Positions 1 to 8,346 of a stretch of 64,000 nucleotides of DNA are shown one piece after another. The DNA comes from an uncultured bacterium (GTDB lineage Bacteria; Desulfobacterota_D; UBA1144; Nemesobacterales; UBA2774), in NCBI GenBank assembly GCA_963705505.1, contig CAVPJU010000010.1:256001-320000 (forward strand), written 5' to 3'. A model generated the notes under the pieces. The model saw only the letters and a list, made by a program, of their open reading frames with translations. It made no database searches and was not told where the DNA came from. Each line of letters opens with the position of its first letter. Position 1 is the stretch's first letter. The position numbers and the translations under genes are program-made.

Positions 1-198
1 TTCGGCGACGTTAGTCCCGGTCTTGATACCGTACTTTCTTGCCTCGTAACTCGCGGCTATACAACAGGTGCTGTCCGCCATAACCGGGACAACGACGGTA
101 GGCTTGCCCCTCAGCTCGGGTCTCAGCTGCTGCTCGACGGAGGCGAAGTACGAGTTCATGTCCACAAAAAGCCATCTCAGCGGGTAATCGTCCATCAC
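1..198 (-). CDS. dinB: DNA polymerase IV (Y-family), N-terminal part; runs off the left window edge
   Basis: Not in the ORF track. Manual minus-strand translation from GTG(198)/ATG(195) gives MDDYPLRWLFVDMNSYFASVEQQLRPELRGKPTVVVPVMADSTCCIAASYEARKYGIKTG, with the DinB motifs DMNxYFASVE and AASYEARxYG. Confidence 0.9.
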   Translation of the reverse strand, partial: MMDDYPLRWLFVDMNSYFASVEQQLRPELRGKPTVVVPVMADSTCCIAASYEARKYGIKTGTNVAE

Positions 199-284
199 GT
201 AAAAATGATAACATAAATTCCCAGGCAAATGCCTTTTCGATTTCCGCCCGGACTTTGGAAAGAACCGTATGATAGAATATTTCC

Positions 285-1554
285 ATGAGCGATTACGCAT
301 TTGATTTCCTCTTCATCGGCGCGGGAATACTCGGCTCTTCAGGAGCATACGCGCTTTCAAAAAAACTCGGGGAAAGGGGCAGGAAAGCGAGCATCGGGGT
401 GATCGACATCGACACCGAGGGGGAGCATTCCTCCACGCTTAAAAACGCGGGAGGAGTGAGGGCGACCTGGAGGAACCGCGCGAACATAGAGCTCTGCAAG
501 TACTCGATCGATTTCTACGAATCGATAGCTGAGATAATACAGTTCCGCGAGCTCGGATACTTCTGGATGCACGGCGGGAGGTCGTGGGAGGAGATAAAGG
601 AAAACCACCCGCTCTACGAAGAATACGGGCTCCCCGTCGAATTGCACCCCCCGGAAGACATACCGGCAATCCTCCCGTTCGTCGACAGCCTCGAAGGAAT
701 AGAGGGGCTCTCCGTCTCGAGGAAGGCGGGACTCATAGACCATTACTCGCTCAGGGAATTTTACAGGGGCGAGGCGCGAAAGAACGGGGTCAGGTTCTTC
801 GACAGGTGCTACGCGGAAGAGATCTCAGTCGAAGGCGGGAGAGTAAAGACGGTGACCGCATACGATCATCAAAGCGCTCGATAAGGACCGCGCGAGGCTC
901 GAAGAAAAGGTGAGGCAAATCCTCGAGAAAGACGACGTCGGGGACGATCTGCCGAGAGTGACTTTTAAATGCGGCACGCTCATAAACACGGCGGGAGCGT
1001 GGGCGCCCCGCGTCTCGGAGCTCTACGGGTTTAAGGACGAGGGCATAAAGCCGAGAAGACGCCAGATGGTCGTGCTCGACTGCCCGGACGTCGACCTTTC
1101 GCCTTACGGGATGCTGATCGACACATCGGATATCTACTTCCATCAGGATGGAGCGCATATCCTCGCGGGGTACTCCAACATGGACGAGCCCTACGGTTAC
1201 AATTTCGAATTCAGCTTCGGGGGTATGAGCGAGGAGAGCCCGTTCGTAAAGCACATCTGGCAGCCCCTATGGAAAAGAATAAGCGGGTTCGAGAAGTTGA
1301 AATTCATAAGGGGGTGGGCGGGGATGTACGCAGAGACGCCCGACCGCTCGGGCTACCTCGGGAAAGTCCCCGGACTCGATAACGTCTTTGAGTGCGAGGC
1401 GCATACGGGAAGGGGGCTCATGATATCTTACGGCGCGGGGACGGCGCTTGCCGACCTCCTCGTCGCCGGCAGATTCAGGGAAGAGCTCAAACACGCGGAA
1501 GATCTATCCAGAGAAAGGAAATCAGGGCCTCTCTTTGAAGGGCTGCATTTGTAA
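285..1554 (+). CDS. FAD-dependent oxidoreductase (DAO / sarcosine oxidase beta-like), split by one frameshift near 870-910
   Basis: ORF 285..884 has GAGILG and NAGG. ORF 910..1554 has NTAGAW, WAGMYAETPD and GRGLM; the two halves complete one family fold. Confidence 0.85.
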
Positions 1555-1571
1555 AGAATTAAAATTCACTC

Positions 1572-1880
1572 TTATATCTCGATCTTGATGACGTCGCCCA
1601 CAACGTGCACTTTATAGGAGTTGAGGTTCTCCTCGGCGGGCGGCCCGAGGACCTCGCCGGTCTTGATATTGAACTCCGCTCCGTGCCAGGGGCATGTGAC
1701 CGTATCGCCGTATAACTCGCCCTCGCAGAGCGGTCCCCCCACGTGCGTGCAATCGTTGTCTATAGCGTAGTATTCGCCGTCACAGTTAAAGAGAGCGATC
1801 TCCCTCCCGTCCGCCTCGACAAGCTTCCCTTCGCCGGGCGCGATCTCCCCGACTCTCGCAACCTCGATTAGATCTCCCAC
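1572..1880 (-). CDS. Rieske [2Fe-2S] ferredoxin
   Basis: CTH...CPWH Rieske motifs; GGAG RBS before the GTG start. Confidence 0.92.
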   Translation of the reverse strand: MGDLIEVARVGEIAPGEGKLVEADGREIALFNCDGEYYAIDNDCTHVGGPLCEGELYGDTVTCPWHGAEFNIKTGEVLGPPAEENLNSYKVHVVGDVIKIEI

Positions 1881-1942
1881 TCCTATTCACCTCATCTCAT
1901 AGGGATAATGATATTTTATAATGCAGGGCCGGCGCGGAAGGC

Positions 1943-2260
1943 TTATTCGCCGAGGAATTCGATGGCTTCCTCGAACTCTTCGACCATTCCCGGATGCCCG
2001 TGACGGGTTGCCGCTTCGATCCCCCTCCAGTAGGCCTCTCTCGCCTTCTCCGGCTCGCCTAATTGGATATAGCATTCTGCGAGCATCCTGTAAACGGCCC
2101 CCTCGTCGTCTGCGATCTTCAGATACTCGTTGATCTCCGAGACCGCTTCCTCATACCTCTCGAGTTTGTAATACTCGTTCGCAAGCCCGTACCTGCCCAG
2201 AGGGTTGCCCGGGTCCTTCGCCACGAGAGCTTTAAATGTTTCGATCCTCGAATCAGTCAC
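1943..2260 (-). CDS. Tetratricopeptide repeat protein
   Basis: TPR-like helices (RYGLANEYYKLERYEEA, YRMLAECYIQLGEPEKAREAY); GGAGG RBS. Confidence 0.8.
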   Translation of the reverse strand: MTDSRIETFKALVAKDPGNPLGRYGLANEYYKLERYEEAVSEINEYLKIADDEGAVYRMLAECYIQLGEPEKAREAYWRGIEAATRHGHPGMVEEFEEAIEFLGE

Positions 2261-2414
2261 CTTAAACCTCCGTCAACTTATTATAAATCAGAATCCGGCA
2301 TAGATTAAATACCCGATTCAAAAGGCCGGGATTAAATAATCTGTTCAGCGAAGGTTGAATGTTCCGTCCGATCCTGAATAATCATTATCCTATAAACACG
2401 GAAAGAGCGGTCAA

Positions 2415-2957
2415 ATGCCGAGAAAAATCATAGACTTTCTATTCAACGCGCTTGCGGTCAAGGAGTTCCTCATATTTTCAGGATGCTTTTTCGCCCTTAC
2501 GGCGTTCGCGATGATAACCACGGATTCCTTTATAAGACCGGCGGGATGTCCCGGGATCATACCGCTCGAGCTCGCGTTCACGAAGTCGGCGTTTGAGAAT
2601 ATAGTCGGTAAATGCGGGGCACAGGGCGTCCGCGCTCACACCATGCTGATCTGGATCGACTATCTTTTCATAATCGCCTATACGAGCTTTGCAGCAAATT
2701 TACTTGGCTCGCTCATCAGGGGTATGGAGCGGAGCAGGGCGCTCAACTACTTCAGCCTTCCGATACTCGCGGGCGTCCTGGACGTAATCGAGAACATATT
2801 GCTGCAGAATCAGCTTTCCAACCCCGAACACCTGAGCGGACTCCTAATACTCGCCGCCTCAACAGCCGCCACCATGAAATTCGTGCTGCTCGGCGCAACG
2901 ATAGCCCTTATCATCTGCTATCTATTCCTGGCTGTTTCGAAGAGGACTCATCACTGA
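2415..2957 (+). CDS. Hypothetical membrane protein
   Basis: About four hydrophobic segments; DYLFI and DVIEN motifs; host-like codon usage. Confidence 0.7.
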   Translation: MPRKIIDFLFNALAVKEFLIFSGCFFALTAFAMITTDSFIRPAGCPGIIPLELAFTKSAFENIVGKCGAQGVRAHTMLIWIDYLFIIAYTSFAANLLGSLIRGMERSRALNYFSLPILAGVLDVIENILLQNQLSNPEHLSGLLILAASTAATMKFVLLGATIALIICYLFLAVSKRTHH

Positions 2958-3044
2958 CACGAAAAATAAAGTCTTGTAATTGTTAGCTATTTGTACTAGA
3001 ATACCCTTCAAATTCAATATACCGAGTTATATAATTAAAAGTTA

Positions 3045-3449
3045 ATGAGCTTAAATAAAGATGTCCCTAGAATTTTATCGTTTATAGCTCGCGAAACATT
3101 TGGTGAGAGTTATAGGTCATATAAATATTGCTTTGAAAGAGAGCCTATTCCTACTTTAGATTATGAAGACAAGAAAGATATAGAGTATAAGAAGAGTGGA
3201 AAAACAGATAGAAATATTAAAAAACCAAAGTCTGTTAAAAAATTATCTGAATACATTAAATGTAATGAAAAACCACTATTCAAGTATTTTTTAGATGGTA
3301 CAAGGAGAACTTATAAAATTGACGATCTTGTTTACGATAAGCGAATTTATCCATTTATAGCTGGCCAGATTGGAGTTGGATGCTGTGAAAGAAGAAATCC
3401 GGATAATTTCAAACCGATTAAATATTATCGCAACTTATCGAATGTATAA
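3045..3449 (+). pseudogene. AT-rich truncated ORF resembling the N-terminus of a NurA-like nuclease
   Basis: Much more AT-rich than the flanks (15/60 GC in line 3181). The FLDGTRRTYKIDD...YPFIAGQIGVGCC motif recalls NurA-like proteins (from memory, not searched). It ends abruptly where composition switches at about 3430. Confidence 0.5.
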
Positions 3450-3733
3450 ATGCATTCCGGCGGAGGATGTGGTTCAGGAGAAAGGTGCTCGAGAAATTCA
3501 TCAGCGAGCAGCTGTTCTTCTACAGATTAAACGAAAACGGGAGACACGAGCTCACTCTCCCGAAGTTCACCAGACGCGAGCTCGAAATCATACAGATGGC
3601 AGGGAAGGGGGTCAAGAACAGAGAAATCGGCCGCAGTCTCTTCATCAGCGAAAAAACCGTCAAACACCATATGTCTAAAATCTTCAGAAAGCTCCAGATC
3701 AAAAGGAGAGCTGAGCTGAGAAGGTACTTGTAG
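3431..3733 (+). pseudogene. C-terminal remnant of a NarL/LuxR-family response regulator
   Basis: FTRRELEIIQMAGKGVKNREIGRSLFISEKTVKHHMSKIFRKL is a LuxR HTH. The frame extends upstream to QLIECINAFRRR (end of a receiver domain), then meets TAA at 3419-3421 in the AT-rich DNA. Confidence 0.8.
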
Positions 3734-3872
3734 TCTGCTTTCCAAATACCTGCTCTTCTTCTATCAAACTATCTAAACTTTCTGCAACTCCTATAAATAC
3801 TATACTTTAATCATAATCAGCGCTAAAATTAGCGTAACAACTCAAAAAGCCGCGTTTACAAGGGAGGGAGGC

Positions 3873-4769
3873 ATGATGGGTTTCTATGACTATCTGGGTA
3901 TATGCATTATATCTTTAACGGCCGGGCTTGCTTCCGGCTGTGTGAATTACCAGGCGGTTCAGGATTTCGGGACCGGGACAGGACAGTTCGCAGACTCATA
4001 CGACTCCGTCTTTACGGGGAGCTACGATACATGTCTCGCGACCTCAGAGATCAAGAATATAATTATGGAGCTCGGGCAGACTCCTTCAGCCTCGCCGCTC
4101 AAACAGTACACGAGCGACAAGGAGATATGCTCTCCTTATAAATCCGAAACAGAGGCTTTCAACCAAACGTCTCTCGCGCTCCTCGACTTCAGCAACGCGC
4201 TCAACCTCGTCGTGAAAAGGGCGGAGCTCAAGGGGGCGTTCGAGAACGTCCAGTTCGTCCCGCAATTTACAGGTGTGGATGAAAATATTATTTCGACGGT
4301 TCCCGAGCTGGGCGGGCACAGGGATGACGTGATCACGGTCAACAAGTGGAAGGATTATTTCGCATCGTTCTATGTGCAGAAATCACCGCAGGAGGTCATC
4401 CTCGAAAACCAGCCGAGACTCCAAGCGACGTTCGCGCTACTGGACAAGTTCTCGGATATTTATCAGGTGCAGCTCGACAATTACGAGAGGAACATAAAAC
4501 TCCTGGACACCTTACTCCAAGATAATGAAAGCAGGGACGCTCTCAAGAGGTCATTCGTCATCGACAGAAGCAAGAACCGCGACAGGCGGCAGGAGTTACT
4601 CGACAATTACAACCAGGCGCTCGACGCGGTCAAGGAATCGTATAAGAATATCTACGAGCGCTCGGAGCTTTCCGACCCGCACTACAACGACCCGATTTTT
4701 CAGGAGGATATGAAGGAATTCCTGATAAAGATTTCCAACCTCGTCCAGCAGTCAAAGCTCGTGTCTTAA
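3873..4769 (+). CDS. Hypothetical lipoprotein
   Basis: GGAGG RBS, signal peptide with lipobox LASGC, helical body. Confidence 0.7.
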   Translation: MMGFYDYLGICIISLTAGLASGCVNYQAVQDFGTGTGQFADSYDSVFTGSYDTCLATSEIKNIIMELGQTPSASPLKQYTSDKEICSPYKSETEAFNQTSLALLDFSNALNLVVKRAELKGAFENVQFVPQFTGVDENIISTVPELGGHRDDVITVNKWKDYFASFYVQKSPQEVILENQPRLQATFALLDKFSDIYQVQLDNYERNIKLLDTLLQDNESRDALKRSFVIDRSKNRDRRQELLDNYNQALDAVKESYKNIYERSELSDPHYNDPIFQEDMKEFLIKISNLVQQSKLVS

Positions 4770-4834
4770 TTCGGAGACCGGTGCACCGGAAGCGCCTCGA
4801 AAGTACGCCGAAGTGTATCCGGAATTCCATGCGG

Positions 4835-5580
4835 TCAGGCGGATTCGCCTCCGAGCCTTTCCCCGATTCTCCGGAGAAGGTCGAAGTCTAAGCCTTCATC
4901 GGCATCATTGCCATGAATAGTTATTGTATTCGAGTGGGTTATGTTAAATACTTGAGAGAATGCTTTAATAATGCTTCCTTCGACCTCAGACAAATCGACC
5001 TCTTCTTTTCGGGATAGCCACCTCTGAATCGAGGTCATTTTTACGTTTTCTATCCCGCAGGGCACTATCATATCGAAATACGAGAGGTCGGTATTCACAT
5101 TGAGCGCGAAACCGTGATACGTAACCCATCTCTTTACTCCAACGCCGATAGACGCGATCTTATGCCATTTTGCCCAGACGCCGGTAATGCCCTTAATCCT
5201 TCTGCCGCGGATACCGAAATCCTCAAGTGAAATAATAATCGTCTCCTCCAGATTGCGGAGGTACTTATGGATATCCCTCCCCATTTCGCTTAGAGTCCAT
5301 TATCGGATATCCGACGAGCTGACCGGGGCCGTGGTACGTAATATCGCCGCCCCTGCTTATCACCTCGAAATGAATGCCGGCTTTCGCAAGGTAGTTCCTG
5401 GCGGCAAGGAGGTTCCCCATATTGCCCCGCCGTCCGATCGTGAATGTAGGAGGGTGCTCAAGGAGTAAAAGTGTATCGCCGATCTCCCCGTTTCTCCTCA
5501 TTTCCAGGAGCTCAAGCTGGAGGTCGAGGGCTTTATCGGTAGGGGACAAGCCCGAGCTTATAGACATTGAAATCAGCCAT
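4835..5580 (-). CDS. lipB: Lipoyl(octanoyl) transferase, two frameshifts (about 5538 and 5295)
   Basis: Reconstructed as MADFNVYKLGLVPY-DKALDLQ...LLLLEHPPTFTIGR...RGGDITYHGPGQLVGYPI...KIASIGV...HGFALNV...IVPCGI. Confidence 0.9.
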
Positions 5581-5670
5581 GGCTTTATTATAGCCGGGAA
5601 TGGTGGGGTAAGGAATTTGCGGGCGGGTGGGGTTGAGATGACGAATAGCAGAAAGGACAAAAGAAAAAAC

Positions 5671-6005
5671 GAGATTGCCGCGCTCTGCTCGCAATGACAG
5701 AATAAGCAAAGGTACACCCCCATCCTGGCCTATTTTGGGTTGGCAGGCGACGAATCGGGATTCAATTAGCTTAAGTGTCTTTTAGGTAATGGCGTCCTAA
5801 ACCTCTTAATCATCGGTTTAGTTCCCCCTTAAAGGGGGAAGGAAATTAAAGGAAAGGAGGGAATTGAAAGACAAAGATAGATTTCTCATGTTCACTCGAA
5901 ATGACAGGGTGAGGATGAGATTGCCGCGCTGCTTCGCAGCTCGCAATGACAGAATAAGAAAGGTACACCCCCATCCTCACCTTCCCCCTTAATATGGGAG
6001 AAGGG
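5671..6005. repeat. REP-like palindrome mosaic A, with one 91-nt insert
   Basis: GAGATTGCCGCG..CTCGCAATGAC at 5671-5698 and 5917-5950; AGATTTCTC..CGAAATGAC at 5879-5905; GGTACACCCCCATCCT..TTCCCCCTT..GG split (5709-5730 + 5822-5842) and intact (5960-6005). Confidence 0.85.
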
Positions 6006-6036
6006 AAATTAAAGAAGAAATGACAATAGGAATGTA

Positions 6037-7470
6037 TTAGATATTCCTCGCTCTGCCGAGGGCGGCGAGGGCTGCTTCCATTACGGCCTCAGACAGGGTG
6101 GGGTGGGCGTGGGACGTAATCGCTATCTCTAGCGGAGTAGTTTCGAGCGTCCTGCCGACGGCTATCTCGGCTATGAGCTCGGTCGCCCCGTGGCCGATTA
6201 TGTGGGCGCCCAGAATCTCTCCCGTGGCCTTATCCGAAATAATCTTCACGAAACCTTCGGTCTCGCCCGTGCCTACGGCTTTCCCCGCGGCCCTGAACGG
6301 GAACTTCCCGACGCTGTAGTTGAACCCCTTTTCCTTGACCTGCTTTTCAGTCAGCCCTATCATCGATATCTCGGGCTGGCAGTAAACACAACCGGGTATG
6401 TTGTCGTAGTGGACCTTGCTCTTGAGTCCCGCCATCTTCTCGACGGCGGCGACGCCTTCTTCGGACGCCTTGTGAGCGAGGAGCGGAGGCCCTATGACGT
6501 CGCCTATCGCATAGACGTTATCGCAGGTCGTCATGTAAGAATCGTCCGTCTTTATGAATCCCCTCTCGTTAAGCTCTATTCGCAGGTCACTCAGCCCTAT
6601 ATCGCCCGACTTCTTGTAATAGCTCAAAGAAGTAGGCGCATCGTTCGCGACAGGACGTCTCCCGACAGCGACGAGGACCATCGAGGCGGTCACCGTAACC
6701 TCGCTCTTGTCGGCGAGCTTTTCGAGAATTACGTCCGCGTTCTTTTTCTTTTTCTTCACTTCTTTGAATTTCGTGGAAGTCAGGACCTCGATGCCGTTCT
6801 TTTTGAAATTCTTCTCAAGCTCTCTCGACACCTCTTCGTCAGCGCCCGGAATAAGGTGGTCCATCATCTCGACTATGGTCACTTTGCTTCCGAAGGAGTT
6901 ATACACGTAAGCGAATTCGGCCCCTATATACCCTCCTCCGATAACCACGACTGAATCGGGGACCTCTCTGTGAAAAATCGCTTCGTCGCTGGTCATTATC
7001 TGCTTACCGTCGATCTCAAGCCCCGGCAGTGTCATGGGGACAGACCCCGTGGCTATGAGAATCTTGTCGGTGTCGATCTCTATCTGACCGTTCTCCTGTA
7101 TGACGGCGACCTTATTTTTAGCAATTAGTCTGCCGACCCCTTTAAAGAGTGTGGACTTATTTTTCTTGAGCAGGAATTCAACGCCCTTCGTAAGTGTATT
7201 AGATGCGTTCCGGCTCTTGTCTATCACCTTGGAGAAGTCATAAGTAAGCCCTTTATGTTCTATGCCGAACTCCCCCGAATGCTTGAAGTATTGGTAGACT
7301 TCAGCGCATTTGAGTATCGATTTCGAGGGTATGCAGCCCCAGTTGAGGCAAACGCCTCCGGCCTTATCCCTCTCTATCACCGCAACGTTCATTCCGAGCT
7401 GCGCCGCGCGTATTGCGGCAATGTATCCCCCGGGCCCCGATCCTATCACTGTTAAGTCGAATTTTTCCAT
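6037..7470 (-). CDS. lpdA: Dihydrolipoyl dehydrogenase (copy 1)
   Basis: GSGPGGY, GGVCLNWGCIPSK and HAHPTLSE motifs; start placed at MEKFDL because the longer ORF start lies in a REP. Confidence 0.95.
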   Translation of the reverse strand: MEKFDLTVIGSGPGGYIAAIRAAQLGMNVAVIERDKAGGVCLNWGCIPSKSILKCAEVYQYFKHSGEFGIEHKGLTYDFSKVIDKSRNASNTLTKGVEFLLKKNKSTLFKGVGRLIAKNKVAVIQENGQIEIDTDKILIATGSVPMTLPGLEIDGKQIMTSDEAIFHREVPDSVVVIGGGYIGAEFAYVYNSFGSKVTIVEMMDHLIPGADEEVSRELEKNFKKNGIEVLTSTKFKEVKKKKKNADVILEKLADKSEVTVTASMVLVAVGRRPVANDAPTSLSYYKKSGDIGLSDLRIELNERGFIKTDDSYMTTCDNVYAIGDVIGPPLLAHKASEEGVAAVEKMAGLKSKVHYDNIPGCVYCQPEISMIGLTEKQVKEKGFNYSVGKFPFRAAGKAVGTGETEGFVKIISDKATGEILGAHIIGHGATELIAEIAVGRTLETTPLEIAITSHAHPTLSEAVMEAALAALGRARNI

Positions 7471-7528
7471 GGCAGGGACTATTATATATTCAATAGAAAG
7501 TGCGTCAATTGTTTTTTGGGGGGAAAAA

Positions 7529-8240
7529 GAGATTGCCGCGGTTCCTTCGGAACCTCGCAATGACAGATTAAAAAACAAACACGAGACCCTGAATAGATTT
7601 CAGGGTGACGGATTATGGATTCCCGATTTGTTAAAATTTGATTTAGCGGATTGCCAAAGTTAAATAGCAGAATGCTATATAAGCAAAGGCGTCCGGTTCT
7701 TTCTAATTTGGCTTCTACAACATCAGCACGGAGTGATATTCGCGTTCATGGATTCAACTATGAATGACCAATTCTTCACTTGTTCAGAATTGTTGCTCAG
7801 AACCGTTATTCGGGAATGACAAGAATTGATTTTTAAAGGTACACCCCCACCCAGACCCTCCCCCCTCAAGGGGGAGGGAAATAGAAAAAGACTCAGGACA
7901 TTATTGCATTTAGCGAATGGCGTCCGATTCCTTGCTTGCTCGGAATCGTCCCGTAAAACATTTTTATACGCATTAACAAGCGATTTTCTTAACGCCAATT
8001 CTGTGAATGTCGGGGAAAAGGAAAAGCGTTGAGGAACGATAGAATTATTAAGGTACACCCCCACCCAGACCCTCCCCCTCAAGGGGGAGGGGATTATAAA
8101 CAAGAGCAATAGAAAAGAAGAGATCCTGAATATTCTGCGTTAACAAACGAACTACAGTGGAACAGCCGCATTGTTGCATTTAGCCAATGGACGCGCATTC
8201 CTCTGTGCATCGCTTCAGTTCCCCCTCAAGGGGGAGGGAA
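7529..8240. repeat. REP-like palindrome mosaic B, with several inserts of about 90 nt
   Basis: REPs at 7529-7564 and 7583-7609; split GGATTCCCGA (7617-7626)...TTATTCGGGAATGAC (7806-7820); near-identical AAGGTACACCCCCACCCAGACCCTCCCCCTCAAGGGGGAGGG at 7836-7880 and 8050-8091; half-REPs at 8120-8130 and 8219-8240. Confidence 0.85.
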
Positions 8241-8346
8241 ATGGAAAAGTGCCGCGGGTGGAAGCTGTTAATGATGGTTGACTTAAGCAACGCGTGTGCA
8301 TTATTATTTTTATTATAGATTTTCTTCCGCCCGACAGGTCACACGA

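Noticed and set aside
11..286. Listed 91-aa minus-strand ORF
   Set aside because: Wrong frame; the overlapping frame encodes recognisable DinB motifs
7723..8109. 128-aa minus-strand ORF, plus 7826..8032 and 20468..20707, sharing PSPLRG or QARNRTPF
   Set aside because: Translations of REP and insert DNA with no RBS or host codon bias; the peptide similarity simply reflects the nucleotide repeats
5731..8218. Integron attC cassettes, suggested by the G|TT junctions
   Set aside because: No RYYYAAC...GTTRRRY pairing or long imperfect palindrome within the units, no cassette ORFs and no IntI; the only tyrosine recombinase is a typical XerD
8171..8218. Nanopore rapid-adapter (Mu-end) contamination, since GCATTTA...GTGC..CGCTTCA loosely resembles it and the length is similar
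   Set aside because: Only U6 shows the resemblance and weakly; the GGCGTCC core shared by the units is not in that adapter as I recall it. An adapter screen is still worth running
7836..8240. CRISPR array suggested by the repeated 42-45 nt sequence at 7836, 8050 and partially 8219
   Set aside because: Only two full copies, gaps far longer than CRISPR spacers, the same repeat dispersed at 5.7, 19.8 and 20.6 kb, and no cas genes
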